From an uncultured bacterium (lineage in GTDB: Bacteria; Fidelibacterota; Marinisomatia; Marinisomatales; UBA1611): a stretch of 64,000 nt of DNA. The stretch spans positions 3,671-67,670 of the forward strand of contig CAZGFQ010000002.1 of assembly GCA_964525185.1 (NCBI GenBank), written 5' to 3'. A program made the position numbers and the translations under genes. The notes under the pieces are model-generated. The model ran no database searches and was not told the origin of the DNA. It worked only from the letters and a program-made list of their open reading frames with translations. Shown in pieces: positions 48,032 through 59,342 of this stretch (position 1 is its first letter; every line of letters starts with the position of its first letter).

Positions 48032-49393
48032 ATGTCGCCAGATTTTTTAAAAAAATGTAAAATTGAATTTAGTTCCAGAGGAATTAATTTTAAGAATAGC
48101 CATATTTTAGTCGCCGTTTCAGGTGGTGTGGACTCGATGGTTCTTCTCCATGTGCTGAATTCTTTAAAATATGAATTAAATATTCATTTAACGTGTGCAC
48201 ACATTAATCATAATCTTCGACCGGATTCGAATCAAGATCAAGATTTAGTAGAGTCAACGTGTCATGCTATGGGAATTTCAGTTAATGTAAAAAAATTGAA
48301 TCCGGCTTCAATTAAACAAGGGCAAAGTATAGAAGAGTGGGGAAGAGTAAATAGATACTCATTCTTAAAACAAACATTAACAGGAATTAATGCAGATTAT
48401 ATTGTAACTGCTCATCATGCCAATGATCAAGCTGAAACTCTATTGATGCATTTGAGTGAAGGTTCTGGTCCTCTCGGTTTAAGCGGTATTTCTAAGATGA
48501 ATGATTCCATTATCCGACCATTTTTGAATATAAAAAAAGATACAATACTTCAATATGCAGTCGATAATAATATTTCATTTAGAGATGATATAACCAATTT
48601 AAACCTAAATCATCCTAGAAATTATATTCGATCAAAAGTTATAAAATCTTTGGAAGTCGCTTACCCAAATGCTGTTCACCAATTTCAATCATCTGCTGAT
48701 ATCTTTTCAAAATATAATCAAACAATGGACTTTTTCATTCAAAATGCAATGAGTAGTCTTGATTTGAACATATCAAAGAATATAACTGTCATCAAAAAAG
48801 ATGAGTTGAAACTTTATCCTCTTTTAGCGCAATCTATGATTATTAAAAAAATATCTAATAATGATAATATGAAATGGAGGAAGCACAACTGGAAAGAATT
48901 AGACTCATTTCTACAGTCTGATAAAACTGGATCTATAATGTCATTCCCAAATCATTATCAAATATTAAATGACCGAGATGAATGGAAGGTTAGAGAAAAA
49001 AATGGTTCTTTAGGCGATGACTGTGATATTTCTATAGGTATTACGTATGAGAATGAATTATTTACAATTCAATTAAAAGAAACAGACTCATTATCATATT
49101 TCTCTAATTCGTCATCGAATGAAACAATTGATGCAAAAATGATTGAAGGTAAGAAATTAAAAGTTAGGCCATGGATTCCAAGTGACCAATTCCAACCCCT
49201 CGGAATGAACGGGACTCAAAAGTTAAGCGACTTTTTTATAAACCGAAAATTGGATCGATTTGAAAAAGATCAACAATATGTATTGACAGCAGACAATGAA
49301 ATTATGTGGATTTGCGGAAGACAAATAAGCCACAAAGTAAGAATCAGACCTACAACAACTAAAGCAATCAACCTTAAATTTAATTGGAAATAA
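48032..49393 (+). CDS. tilS: tRNA(Ile)-lysidine synthetase
   Basis: PP-loop VAVSGGVDSMV, TAHHANDQAET, and the C-terminal TilS domain. Canonical tilS-hpt-ftsH synteny. Confidence 0.9.
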   Translation: MSPDFLKKCKIEFSSRGINFKNSHILVAVSGGVDSMVLLHVLNSLKYELNIHLTCAHINHNLRPDSNQDQDLVESTCHAMGISVNVKKLNPASIKQGQSIEEWGRVNRYSFLKQTLTGINADYIVTAHHANDQAETLLMHLSEGSGPLGLSGISKMNDSIIRPFLNIKKDTILQYAVDNNISFRDDITNLNLNHPRNYIRSKVIKSLEVAYPNAVHQFQSSADIFSKYNQTMDFFIQNAMSSLDLNISKNITVIKKDELKLYPLLAQSMIIKKISNNDNMKWRKHNWKELDSFLQSDKTGSIMSFPNHYQILNDRDEWKVREKNGSLGDDCDISIGITYENELFTIQLKETDSLSYFSNSSSNETIDAKMIEGKKLKVRPWIPSDQFQPLGMNGTQKLSDFFINRKLDRFEKDQQYVLTADNEIMWICGRQISHKVRIRPTTTKAINLKFNWK

Positions 49394-49923
49394 AATTGGA
49401 ATTTCAAGGACATAAAATAACAGAGCTTGTTTCTCCCGAAGAAATTAAAAATAGAATCGACACTTTAGGCAAGGAAATATCGAAAAATTTTGAAGGGGAA
49501 ATTCCCATATTCATTGGTGTATTGAATGGGAGTTTTATTTTTATGGCAGATTTAGTCCGTGCTTTAACCATTGATTGTGAAATGGATTTTATCAAAGTTT
49601 CCAGCTATTCGGGTACAAAATCAACTGGTTCAGTCCACTTATTGAAAGATTTATCAGCCGATATATCAGGGCGACATGTTATTTTAGTGGAAGATATTGT
49701 TGATTCTGGTATTACAATAAAATTTATACGAGATCGATTTTTAGTATCTGCCCCTGCATCACTTTCGGTGGTATCATTATTGTTAAAACCGGAAATTGCT
49801 GATATAGATTTTGAAATAGATTATGTTGGGTTTGAAATTCCACCTGAATTCGTAGTAGGCTATGGGTTGGATAACGACCAAAAAATTAGACATTTGAAAG
49901 GGATTTATCGTTTGGAACAATAA
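49384..49923 (+). CDS. hpt: Hypoxanthine phosphoribosyltransferase
   Basis: GVLNGSFIFMADLVR and PRPP motif VILVEDIVDSGIT. TTG start is uncertain by a few codons. Confidence 0.85.
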   Translation: MEIKLEFQGHKITELVSPEEIKNRIDTLGKEISKNFEGEIPIFIGVLNGSFIFMADLVRALTIDCEMDFIKVSSYSGTKSTGSVHLLKDLSADISGRHVILVEDIVDSGITIKFIRDRFLVSAPASLSVVSLLLKPEIADIDFEIDYVGFEIPPEFVVGYGLDNDQKIRHLKGIYRLEQ

Positions 49924-49948
49924 GGATTTCAAACTGTACATATTATTT

Positions 49949-51997
49949 ATGAATAAGAAACAAACATCGCCAAAGAAAAAACAAACTAAAAATAAAACTT
50001 CTAATAAAAAGGGGAAAAAGCCACAGGACCAATTTCAATGGCAAAGGGCCGGTAAAACTTCCTTAGTTTGGATGGGAATATTAGCCGTAGCTCTATTCCT
50101 ATCTGGGCAATTCTCAGATCCATCAAGAAGTGAAATTGAAATTGATTATTTCCAATATAGGGAAATGATTTCTAATGGAGATATTGCTAAAGCAACTATT
50201 ATGGGAAACAGCTTTCATGCAGAATTGAAAGCACCCCAAACTATACAAACTAAAGCTGGAGAGTTAAAAAATATTTCACGTGTCGTTTTAACACTTCCAT
50301 TTATTGATAGAGATGTTATGGATGAATGGGACAAAACAGATATGGAATATAGTTTTAAAGAAAAAACACTTGATTGGACGGGGTATTTACTTAATATGTT
50401 CCCGTGGCTTCTATTAATAGGGTTTTGGATTTTTATGTTACGTCGAATGCAAGGCGGTGCTGGAGGTGGAGTAAAAGGAATATTTAACTTTGGGAAAAGT
50501 CGAGCGTCTTTATGGACAACAGATAAACGTCGAGTAACATTTAAAGATGTCGCTGGTTGTGTTGAAGCGAAAGAAGAATTAAAAGAAGTCATAGATTTTT
50601 TGAAAAGCCCCAAACGATTTCAAAAATTGGGTGCTAAAGTACCTAAAGGTGCTTTACTAGTAGGCCCTCCAGGGACAGGAAAAACATTGTTAGCACGCGC
50701 AATAGCTGGGGAAGCGAGTGTTCCATTTTACAGTTTAAGTGGGGCAGATTTTGTTGAAATGTTTGTAGGTGTAGGTGCATCCCGTGTACGAGATTTATTC
50801 GAGCAAGCCAAAAAAACAGAACCATGTATAGTATTTATTGATGAGTTGGATGCTGTTGGTCGTCAACGTGGTGCCGGTATCGGTGGTGGTCATGATGAGA
50901 GAGAGCAAACGTTGAATGCGCTTCTTGTAGAAATGGATGGTTTTGATAATGATCAAAATGTAATAGTTATTGCTGCAACAAATAGGCCCGACGTATTAGA
51001 CTCCGCATTATTGAGGCCAGGTAGATTTGATCGTCAAATTGTTGTTGATGCGCCAGATTTCCAAGGGCGGCTAGGTATTTTAAAAGTTCATTTAAAGAAA
51101 ATTGTAGTAAACCGACGGAAGGTAAAATTAGAAACTTTAGCAAAAGGGACTCCAGGATTGGTTGGTGCAGATCTTGAAAATATTGTTAATGAAGCTGCCC
51201 TTCTTGCCGCAAGGAAAAAGAAAAAATCAGTTGACATGGATGACTTTGAAGAAGCAAAAGATAAAGTTATGATGGGCGTACAGAGAAGAAGTATGATTCT
51301 AAGTGATGAAGAAAAGGAAGTAACAGCATATCATGAAGCAGGCCATGCGCTAATGGCCGCAAAAACAAAAGGTGCTGATCCAGTACATAAGGTAACGATT
51401 ATTCCTCGTGGGCAAGCACTTGGCTTAACGATGCAAGTACCCATAGATGAAAAACATGGTTATACTCGAGATTATATTGAAGGCAGATTAGGCATACTAC
51501 TAGGTGGGCGTGGAGCGGAAATGTTAATCTTTAATCAAATGACAACGGGTGCCGGAAATGATATTGAACAAGCAACAACAATCGCTAGAAAAATGGTTAC
51601 AGAATGGGGAATGAGTGATTTATTAGGACCCATGACATTTGGAAAAAAGAATGAGGAAATATTCTTAGGTCGAGAGATACAATCTCATCGTGATTATAGT
51701 GAAGTAACTGCCCGAATGATCGACGAAGAAGTTGCTAGAATTGTTAGGCATGCACAAAAGCATGCTCAAACTGTTTTAAAGGACAATATTGAATTATTGC
51801 AAAGAATGGCGAAGGAATTATTAATACACGAAACACTCAGTGCTGATGATATTCAAAATATTCTCGACGGAAAACAATTGAAGAAAAGATCAAATGGATC
51901 AATATCCCGTAAAAGACCACGCCGAAATCCCAATCAACGAAATCATAATAAAAAGAATCAAACACCAAAACCTAAAGTGACTGAAACCCCTAAATAA
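49949..51997 (+). CDS. ftsH: ATP-dependent zinc metalloprotease FtsH
   Basis: [17 protein letters not shown], second region of homology, and zinc site HEAGHAL. Lys-rich N- and C-terminal tails. Confidence 0.95.
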   Translation: MNKKQTSPKKKQTKNKTSNKKGKKPQDQFQWQRAGKTSLVWMGILAVALFLSGQFSDPSRSEIEIDYFQYREMISNGDIAKATIMGNSFHAELKAPQTIQTKAGELKNISRVVLTLPFIDRDVMDEWDKTDMEYSFKEKTLDWTGYLLNMFPWLLLIGFWIFMLRRMQGGAGGGVKGIFNFGKSRASLWTTDKRRVTFKDVAGCVEAKEELKEVIDFLKSPKRFQKLGAKVPKGALLVGPPGTGKTLLARAIAGEASVPFYSLSGADFVEMFVGVGASRVRDLFEQAKKTEPCIVFIDELDAVGRQRGAGIGGGHDEREQTLNALLVEMDGFDNDQNVIVIAATNRPDVLDSALLRPGRFDRQIVVDAPDFQGRLGILKVHLKKIVVNRRKVKLETLAKGTPGLVGADLENIVNEAALLAARKKKKSVDMDDFEEAKDKVMMGVQRRSMILSDEEKEVTAYHEAGHALMAAKTKGADPVHKVTIIPRGQALGLTMQVPIDEKHGYTRDYIEGRLGILLGGRGAEMLIFNQMTTGAGNDIEQATTIARKMVTEWGMSDLLGPMTFGKKNEEIFLGREIQSHRDYSEVTARMIDEEVARIVRHAQKHAQTVLKDNIELLQRMAKELLIHETLSADDIQNILDGKQLKKRSNGSISRKRPRRNPNQRNHNKKNQTPKPKVTETPK

Positions 51998-52845
51998 TGA
52001 TCTCAGAACGTTTAGAATCACTTCAGAATTGGGTCCTATCGTTCGACCAATCTCATTTAATGATGGGAATAGTGAATGTAACACCCGATTCATTCAGTGA
52101 CGGCGGGAAATATAATTCATTACCCTGCGCTGTTAATCATGCAATAGAATTAATAAATGATGGAGTTGATATACTTGATATTGGTGGGGAAAGTACAAGA
52201 CCTAACGCAGATACAGTTCCATTGGATGTAGAACTAAAAAGAACCATTCCCGTCATTGAAGCTATTCGAGAAGAATCTGATATTCTAATATCAATCGATA
52301 CAACAAAAGCTGAAGTTGCACGACAAGCCTTGGATGTTGGTGCTAATATAGTGAATGATATTAGTGGATTAACATTTGATCCAATGATGGTAAATATAAT
52401 TTCAAAATATGATGCTTATGTGATTATAATGCACATTAAAGGGGAACCTAAAACGATGCAAAAAAATCCAAAGTATAAAAATATAATGAATGAAATAAAT
52501 TCATTTTTAAAAAAACAAGTAGATGTGGCTATAAAAGGTGGAATTCATAAAAATAAAATTATTTTAGATCCAGGTATTGGGTTTGGAAAATCAGTTCAGG
52601 ATAATTTTACACTTTTGGGCCAATTAAATAAAATTTGTGATATTGGGTTTCCAGTATTGGTTGGTCCCAGTCGAAAATCTTTTATAGGAGATACATTAGG
52701 ATTACCTCCAAATGAAAGAGAAGAAGGGACAGCGGCAGCAGTGGCAGCAGCCATATTAAATGGGGCTAAAATTCTCCGAGTCCACGATGTAAAAGCTATG
52801 AGACGTGTAGCCATTATTTCTGAAAAAATCATGAAAGCTGCATAA
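51997..52845 (+). CDS. folP: Dihydropteroate synthase
   Basis: GIVNVTPDSFSDGG, DIGGESTRP, DTTKAEVA, NDISG and GPSRKSF. Confidence 0.9.
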   Translation: MISERLESLQNWVLSFDQSHLMMGIVNVTPDSFSDGGKYNSLPCAVNHAIELINDGVDILDIGGESTRPNADTVPLDVELKRTIPVIEAIREESDILISIDTTKAEVARQALDVGANIVNDISGLTFDPMMVNIISKYDAYVIIMHIKGEPKTMQKNPKYKNIMNEINSFLKKQVDVAIKGGIHKNKIILDPGIGFGKSVQDNFTLLGQLNKICDIGFPVLVGPSRKSFIGDTLGLPPNEREEGTAAAVAAAILNGAKILRVHDVKAMRRVAIISEKIMKAA

Positions 52846-52846
52846 A

Positions 52847-53623
52847 ATGACATTATTCAAAATTGGTTTTTTATCGGTCACAATTATCGATGTAATCGAT
52901 TTAATACTTGTAAGTTGGATTTTTTATAAAGTATACCAGTATTTTAAAGATACACGTGCAGGGCAAATGCTTATTGGTTTAATAATATTATTAATCTCAT
53001 CATTTGTTTTTAACACATTTGGACTCAGTGCTATGTCTTGGTTGGTAAATCAATTTCAAACAGTATGGGTTGTTGCATTTGTTATTTTATTTCAACCAGA
53101 AATTCGCCGATTACTCATCTATGTTGGTCAAACACGATTTTTCAGAACTATTTTTCGAGTTGGATCGCCACGTTCATTGGAAGCAATAGTTGAAGCATGT
53201 ATTCAACTAGTAGATCGTAAATGGGGAGCCTTAATTGTAATTCAGAGAGAAACAGGTCTACGTGCGTATAAAGAATCTGGTACATTAATGAAAGCTGAAG
53301 TTTCAGCACCTTTACTGGTAAGTATCTTTAATCCATCTTCTCCACTTCATGATGGTGCTGTTATTATTCGTAACACATTAATTGAATCTGCAGGAAGCAT
53401 TTTACCTTTAACTGAAAGTACAATGATTGACCCAGAAATGGGAACTCGACATAGAGCAGCTCTTGGATTAACAGAAGAGTCAGATGCTCTTGTATTAGTT
53501 GTCTCCGAAGAGCGTGGAAGAATTTCCGCGTCAGAAAATGGTCGATTTATTCATCTTGATATGGATGAAATGGCATTAAGACGATATTTAAATGATCGAT
53601 TATTCATTTCTTCTGGTGAATAA
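52847..53623 (+). CDS. cdaA: Diadenylate cyclase CdaA (three N-terminal TM helices plus DAC domain)
   Basis: GALIVIQRE, LHDGAVIIR and GTRHRAALGLTEESDALVLVVSEERG. Confidence 0.85.
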   Translation: MTLFKIGFLSVTIIDVIDLILVSWIFYKVYQYFKDTRAGQMLIGLIILLISSFVFNTFGLSAMSWLVNQFQTVWVVAFVILFQPEIRRLLIYVGQTRFFRTIFRVGSPRSLEAIVEACIQLVDRKWGALIVIQRETGLRAYKESGTLMKAEVSAPLLVSIFNPSSPLHDGAVIIRNTLIESAGSILPLTESTMIDPEMGTRHRAALGLTEESDALVLVVSEERGRISASENGRFIHLDMDEMALRRYLNDRLFISSGE

Positions 53624-53675
53624 GATTTAGTAAAAACTCAGTTTAATCGCATACAACCTTTTCCTAAATTAGCAG

Positions 53676-54792
53676 ATGGATATAAACGACTTAAAAGACC
53701 AGTTCCAAATCTCCGAATCAAAATATAATGAATTGCGGAGGTACCTTTGACTTGGATGCAAGCCAAAAAAGCCTCGAATCACTTAGGGAAACTTCTGCTG
53801 AACCTACCTTTTGGGACGATAATCAAAAAGCATCCATTATATTAAAAAAAATATCTCGTATAGAAAAAGAAATCAATTTATGGTCTGACATGGAGCGCCG
53901 CCATGGTGATGTAGAAATATTATTTGAATTTGCAGAAGAAGGCGAAGCAAGTTTAGATGAGATAAAAACTGAATTGTTTGATTATCAAAATATTGTAAAT
54001 GATATTGAACTAAAAATGATTCTTGGAAGAAAAGAAGATGAGCAAAATGCCATCTTAACAATTCACCCAGGAGCAGGTGGAACAGAAAGTCAAGATTGGG
54101 CAGAGATGCTATATAGAATGTATTCTCGTTGGATTGAGAAAAAAGGGTTTAAGATGGACGTATTAGATGTGCAACCTGGAGATGAAGCTGGGATTAAAGA
54201 TGTTACATTCGAAATAAAAGGTGATTATGCTTATGGCATGTCAAAAGCAGAAGCGGGAGTCCATCGCATGGTTCGAATTTCTCCATTTGATTCCAATAGT
54301 CGGAGACATACATCTTTTGCCTCCGTTTTTGTATACCCATCAGTTGATGATGAAATTGAAATTGAAATAAATCAACAAGATTTAAGGATAGATACATATA
54401 GAGCAAGTGGTGCTGGAGGGCAGCATGTGAATAAAACAGATTCAGCTGTTAGAATTACACATAACCCAACAGGAATTGTTGTCCAATGCCAAAATCAAAG
54501 ATCTCAACTTAAAAATAAAAATCAAGCGATGAAAATTCTTAAAGCGCGTATTTATCAACATGAGCTTGAACTTGAGAAAGAGAAAAATAAAGAATTAGAA
54601 GATCAAAAAATGGATATTGGGTGGGGAAGCCAAATTCGTTCTTATGTTTTTCACCCATATAATATGGTAAAAGATCACAGGACAAAAGAAGAAACAGGAA
54701 ATGTTCAGGCCGTTATGGATGGGGACATTGATCCCTTCATTCGAGCCTATTTATTAAGTAATATGAAACCACAAAATGTAAAGGTTGATTAA
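53676..54792 (+). CDS. prfB: Peptide chain release factor 2, two reading frames joined by a programmed +1 frameshift (53676..53747 joined to 53749..54792)
   Basis: Frame 0: ATG 53676 MDINDLKDQFQISESKYNELRRYL, then in-frame TGA at 53748-53750 in the context CTT TGA C. Frame +1 continues DLDASQKSLE..., with the SPF and GGQ motifs downstream. Confidence 0.9.
53736..53751 (+). promoter_or_regulatory. RF2 autoregulatory +1 frameshift site (cGGAGG tac CTT TGA C)
   Basis: An internal SD-like GGAGG lies 3 nt before the slippery CTT T followed by the UGA C stop. The layout matches the E. coli prfB site. Confidence 0.85.
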
Positions 54793-54797
54793 CACAT

Positions 54798-56285
54798 ATG
54801 TCAGAGCAACAAAAAAGTTTACAACAAATTATAGATTTTCGAATTGAAAAATTAAACAAACTCAAAGAAGCGGGTGTTAACCCTTATCCTCATAAATTTA
54901 ACCCAACTCATTCTAGTACAGAAGTATTAAACGAATTTGATGAGAATGAGCAAAAAACAGTCATAGTTGCTGGGCGAATTATGGCATTAAGAAAAATGGG
55001 GAAAGCGTCTTTCACTCATATTATGGATGGCTCAGGTCGAATTCAAATTTATATCCGGCGAGATGACGTAGGTGAAGAATCATACTCACATTTTAAACTG
55101 TTAGATATAGGTGATTTTATAGGCATTGATGGATATATTTTTAAAACAAAATTAGGTGAAATTTCCATTCATGCTGAAAAATTAACTGTTTTATCAAAAA
55201 GCATAAGGCCATTACCAGTAGTCAAAGAAAAAGATGGAGAAACATTTGATGCCTTTTCAGATAAAGAACAAAGATATCGTAATAGACATTTAGATTTAAT
55301 TGTGAATCCAGACGTACGTGACACATTTATAAAACGAACAAAAATCATTAATGCTTTAAGAACTTATCTTGATTCTCGTGATTTTTTAGAAGTTGAAACG
55401 CCAGTATTGCAACCACTTTATGGCGGAGCAAATGCCCGACCCTTTGTAACTCATCACAATGCATTAGATCAGGAGTTTTATCTTCGTATTGCAGACGAAC
55501 TATATTTAAAACGCCTCATTATAGGTGGATTTGAAAAAGTATATGAAATTGCAAAAGATTTTCGAAATGAAGGAATGGACCGGAGCCATAATCCTGAATT
55601 CACAATGCTTGAATATTATGAAGCATATGCTGACTATGAAGATACAATGGTATTGGTTGAAGATATGATAAGAACTGCCGCCCAAGTTGTTGATGCTGAG
55701 CAGATTACATGGGGGAACATGGAAATTGATTTATCCAAGCCATTTCATAAAAAAGCTTATTTTGAACTCCTTAAGGATGTGACAGGTCATGATTTATCAG
55801 CAGCTGGATACGAAAAATTAATTTCTGTTTTTAATGAGATGAAAATTGATATTCCAGAAAATGCGAATGTTTCTCAATTATTGGGGACATTAATGGATGA
55901 TTTAGTTGAGCCAACACTTATACATCCAACTTTTATTATTGATTATCCTAAAGAAGTGTCTCCATTAGCAAAAATGCATCGCAATGGAGATGAATCATTA
56001 GTTGAAAGATTTGAACTCATTATTGGTGGAGCTGAATTTGCAAATTCATTTTCGGAGTTAAATGATCCAATTGATCAACGGAGTAGGCTGGAAGCACAGT
56101 CTGCATTACGAGAAGCGGGTGACGATGAAGCCCAACCTGTCGATGAGAATTTTATTCAGGCTATGGAATGTGGTATGCCGCCAACTGGCGGTGTAGGACT
56201 TGGCGTAGATCGTCTTGTTATGCTATTGACTGGAAATCGTTGGATTCGCGACGTTTTATTGTTCCCTGCTTTACGATCAGAATAA
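54798..56285 (+). CDS. lysS: Lysyl-tRNA synthetase (class II)
   Basis: 495 aa. OB anticodon-binding domain, FRNEG, and GGVGLGVDRLVMLL. prfB-lysS synteny. Confidence 0.95.
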   Translation: MSEQQKSLQQIIDFRIEKLNKLKEAGVNPYPHKFNPTHSSTEVLNEFDENEQKTVIVAGRIMALRKMGKASFTHIMDGSGRIQIYIRRDDVGEESYSHFKLLDIGDFIGIDGYIFKTKLGEISIHAEKLTVLSKSIRPLPVVKEKDGETFDAFSDKEQRYRNRHLDLIVNPDVRDTFIKRTKIINALRTYLDSRDFLEVETPVLQPLYGGANARPFVTHHNALDQEFYLRIADELYLKRLIIGGFEKVYEIAKDFRNEGMDRSHNPEFTMLEYYEAYADYEDTMVLVEDMIRTAAQVVDAEQITWGNMEIDLSKPFHKKAYFELLKDVTGHDLSAAGYEKLISVFNEMKIDIPENANVSQLLGTLMDDLVEPTLIHPTFIIDYPKEVSPLAKMHRNGDESLVERFELIIGGAEFANSFSELNDPIDQRSRLEAQSALREAGDDEAQPVDENFIQAMECGMPPTGGVGLGVDRLVMLLTGNRWIRDVLLFPALRSE

Positions 56286-56288
56286 TAT

Positions 56289-57494
56289 ATGAATATCAGT
56301 TCGCGTATTGCCCTTCGCTATCTGAAATCTTCCCATAGGGGCAGTTTTTCCTCATACGCAAGCCGTCTTGCAGTAATCGGCTTGGCAATAGGAATTGCAT
56401 CGCTTGTAATTACTTTAAGTATTATGGCGGGATTTGAAAAAACAGTTTCTGAGAAAATTGCTTCATTCGATTCCCATATTCGTATATCACATTTCATGAA
56501 TAAATCCATTATGTACCCAGATAAATCGTTGGATTCATTGTTTATTGAATCGCCAGTTGGTTTTAAGAAAAGTATTTATATTCAAAAACCAGCTCTCATT
56601 AGGAAAAAACAAAAGGCTGAAGGCGTTATTGTTGAAGGTAGCAAATGGATTCCTAAATCATTTGTTTTGGATACACCAAATATTATGGGTGATTACATAG
56701 AGTTAAAGAAAAATGAAGTTTGGCTGGGAGATGATTTAGCAAATATTATGGATGTAGGTGTAGGTGATAAAATTGTGTTAGCAGATTTGCAATCGTTAAA
56801 CCAAACTACATCGAATCGAGTAGTAAAATCATTAAAGGTGGCAGGTCTTTTCCATTCTGGGTTACAAGAATATGATAAAACACTCGTTTTTGTTTCAATT
56901 GAAGATGCTCAACAAGTATTTAATATGCCAAATAGAATTTCTGGATACAAGGTAGATTCAGATGAAAATTCCATTTCAAAACTCATATCCTATATTCGTG
57001 AGAATACTGGTTATCCTTATTATGTTGTTACGTGGCGAGAGAAACATCAAGTTTTATTTGATTGGATTGATATTCAGAAATGGCCCATTTTGATAAACTT
57101 TGGGTTAATCGCATTAGTTGGTGTTGTAAATATTTTATCCGCATTAGCCATGATAATAATAGAAAAATCAAGTCAAGTAGGTATTTTATTGTCACAGGGA
57201 ATGAATCGATATACCGTTAAAATTATATTTTGTATTCAAGGTGCAGTCATTGGACTTAGTGGAGCACTTTTAGGAATTCTTTTGGCGGGTATAATTATTT
57301 TTATCCAATTTAAAACTCACTTTATTTCTATACCAGAAAATATATATTTCATGGATCATATTCCTATTTCCATTGAATTAATTCCTATTATAATCATCGG
57401 AATTCTTTCAGTCATTATTTCATTTCTTGCGTCTTATTGGCCAGCAAGTAAAGTGGGTAGAATTCAACCATCAAAAGTGTTATCATACGAATGA
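56289..57494 (+). CDS. Lipoprotein-release ABC transporter permease (LolC/LolE, FtsX-like)
   Basis: 401 aa. N-terminal IALRYLKS, large periplasmic loop, and a C-terminal FtsX 3-TM bundle. Confidence 0.75.
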   Translation: MNISSRIALRYLKSSHRGSFSSYASRLAVIGLAIGIASLVITLSIMAGFEKTVSEKIASFDSHIRISHFMNKSIMYPDKSLDSLFIESPVGFKKSIYIQKPALIRKKQKAEGVIVEGSKWIPKSFVLDTPNIMGDYIELKKNEVWLGDDLANIMDVGVGDKIVLADLQSLNQTTSNRVVKSLKVAGLFHSGLQEYDKTLVFVSIEDAQQVFNMPNRISGYKVDSDENSISKLISYIRENTGYPYYVVTWREKHQVLFDWIDIQKWPILINFGLIALVGVVNILSALAMIIIEKSSQVGILLSQGMNRYTVKIIFCIQGAVIGLSGALLGILLAGIIIFIQFKTHFISIPENIYFMDHIPISIELIPIIIIGILSVIISFLASYWPASKVGRIQPSKVLSYE

Positions 57495-58666
57495 GTTTTA
57501 CAACAATAATAGCTAAAAAATTTATTAAAGGGAGGACGGGGCCTGGAAAATTTACGGGAATGGTTTCTATGGTTGGAATGGCGGTTGGAAGTTTTGCTAT
57601 GGTTGTATCCATCGCTGTTATGAATGGATTTGAGTCTCGTGTATCCGATCGATTGAGAGGGTTTGATGGTGATATTCGAATTTCAGGTTTCATCACACAA
57701 AGTGTAATCGATCAGATTTCCAAAGTCAAAGGGATTTATGCGTCCATTCCATTTATCGAACGAAAAGGTATTATTTCTTCAGGTGAAACTGAACAAGTCA
57801 TTGTATTTAAAGCATTAAACATGAATAGAATGATGGATGTATATAATATTAAAATGGATATGAATTACTCTGACGATGGTGGGGCTATTATTGGGAAATC
57901 CTTATCATATCGAATGAATCTTTCATTGGAGACTAGTATAGAATTATATAGCCCCTTGGACATGTCATATGGTTTAGGATATCCACCTAAAAGAAAAAGC
58001 AATGTAAAAGGGGTTTTTCAATCTCAAGTATTAGACTATGACGATCGAACGGTGTTTATTCCTATAGAAATTGGTAAGAAATTATTTAAAAAAATTCCTG
58101 AATATACTGGAATAGACATTCGTTGTAAATCAAATGAAAATATAGTGAATATTTCCAAAATATTATCTCAAACTTTAGGAGAAGATTATATAATTGAAAC
58201 ATGGAAGGAACAACATTCATCGTTAGTGCAAGCCATGGAATTAGAGCGATTAATGGCATTAATTGTTTTAAGTCTCATAATTGTAGTTTCTGGGTTTAAT
58301 CTTGCGTCTACATTAAGTTTAGTTACAATTCAGCGGATCCACGAAATAGGTATATTGCAAGCAATTGGTGCACCTAAAAAAGCACTTAGGAAAATGTTAT
58401 TCATTCAAGGATTCTTATTAGGTGGAAAAGGGACAATAATTGGCATCGTTTTAGGGGGAATAATTATCATATTACAGAACTTATTTGGGTTTATTCCATT
58501 ACCGTCAGATATTTATTTTATAAATACATTACCTATGAAATTAACAATATGGAATTTGATTATTATTCCAAGTATTTCATGTGTGATTATTTTATTATCA
58601 TCCTATATTGCTAGTAGAAAAGCAAGTAGTATTGAACCAAAATTAGCCTTAACATGGAATAAATGA
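57491..58666 (+). CDS. Lipoprotein-release ABC transporter permease paralogue (LolC/LolE, FtsX-like)
   Basis: 391 aa with the same architecture as the preceding gene. ATGA overlap. Confidence 0.75.
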   Translation: MSFTTIIAKKFIKGRTGPGKFTGMVSMVGMAVGSFAMVVSIAVMNGFESRVSDRLRGFDGDIRISGFITQSVIDQISKVKGIYASIPFIERKGIISSGETEQVIVFKALNMNRMMDVYNIKMDMNYSDDGGAIIGKSLSYRMNLSLETSIELYSPLDMSYGLGYPPKRKSNVKGVFQSQVLDYDDRTVFIPIEIGKKLFKKIPEYTGIDIRCKSNENIVNISKILSQTLGEDYIIETWKEQHSSLVQAMELERLMALIVLSLIIVVSGFNLASTLSLVTIQRIHEIGILQAIGAPKKALRKMLFIQGFLLGGKGTIIGIVLGGIIIILQNLFGFIPLPSDIYFINTLPMKLTIWNLIIIPSISCVIILLSSYIASRKASSIEPKLALTWNK

Positions 58667-59337
58667 TTTTAGACGCAAAAAATATAATTAAGTCCTATAA
58701 AAATGGAGACCATTCATTAGTAGTTTTGAATAAATGTAACTTAACTGTCAACTCAGGTGAAATCATTACTATCATGGGAGAATCAGGATCTGGCAAATCT
58801 ACTTTACTCAATATTCTTGGTACTTTAGACAGACCCGATTCGGGAGAAATATTTATAAATCAAAAGAAAACTACACAAATATCAGAAAATGATATTGCAA
58901 TTATAAGGAATCAATATATTGGCTTTGTTTTTCAATTTCATCATTTGTTACCAGAATTTACAGCAAAGGAAAATATATTAATTCCAACCCTTATTTACGA
59001 CGATGTGGATAAAAGTCATGATGCAGACTCATTATTAGAGTTTGTAGGTTTAACAGAACGTCAAAGCCATTTACCGTCTCAATTGTCCGGAGGAGAAAGA
59101 TTAAGAATTGCGGTATTGAGAGCGATGATTAATAAACCAAAAATCATTTTAGCTGATGAACCTACTGGAAATTTAGATCATAAAAATGCTAATAAAATTA
59201 TTGACCTTTTTTATAAAATTAATAAAGATTATCAGCAGTCAATTGTTATTACTACACATAGTCTGGATGTTGCAGCTATTGGGCATCGCCAATTCATTTT
59301 AAAAAATGGTAAATTGGAAGAGAAAAAGAAGGATTAG
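58663..59337 (+). CDS. lolD: Lipoprotein-release ABC transporter ATP-binding protein
   Basis: GESGSGKST, LSGGERLR and LADEPTGNLD. Follows two FtsX-type permeases. Confidence 0.8.
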   Translation: MILDAKNIIKSYKNGDHSLVVLNKCNLTVNSGEIITIMGESGSGKSTLLNILGTLDRPDSGEIFINQKKTTQISENDIAIIRNQYIGFVFQFHHLLPEFTAKENILIPTLIYDDVDKSHDADSLLEFVGLTERQSHLPSQLSGGERLRIAVLRAMINKPKIILADEPTGNLDHKNANKIIDLFYKINKDYQQSIVITTHSLDVAAIGHRQFILKNGKLEEKKKD

Positions 59338-59342
59338 GGAAA

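Noticed and set aside
49949-51997. Lys/Arg-rich N- and C-terminal tails of FtsH as a special feature
   Set aside because: Similar basic low-complexity tails occur on several unrelated proteins in this window (NuoA, NuoC, NuoI). AT-rich genome drift explains this most economically. I note it only as a caveat for the NuoC and NuoI hypotheses.
53728-53750. ATG at 53728 as the prfB start (MNCGGTFDLD...)
   Set aside because: It is an artefact of the +1 frameshift. The true start is ATG 53676 in frame 0, and residues MNCGGTF are not RF2-like.
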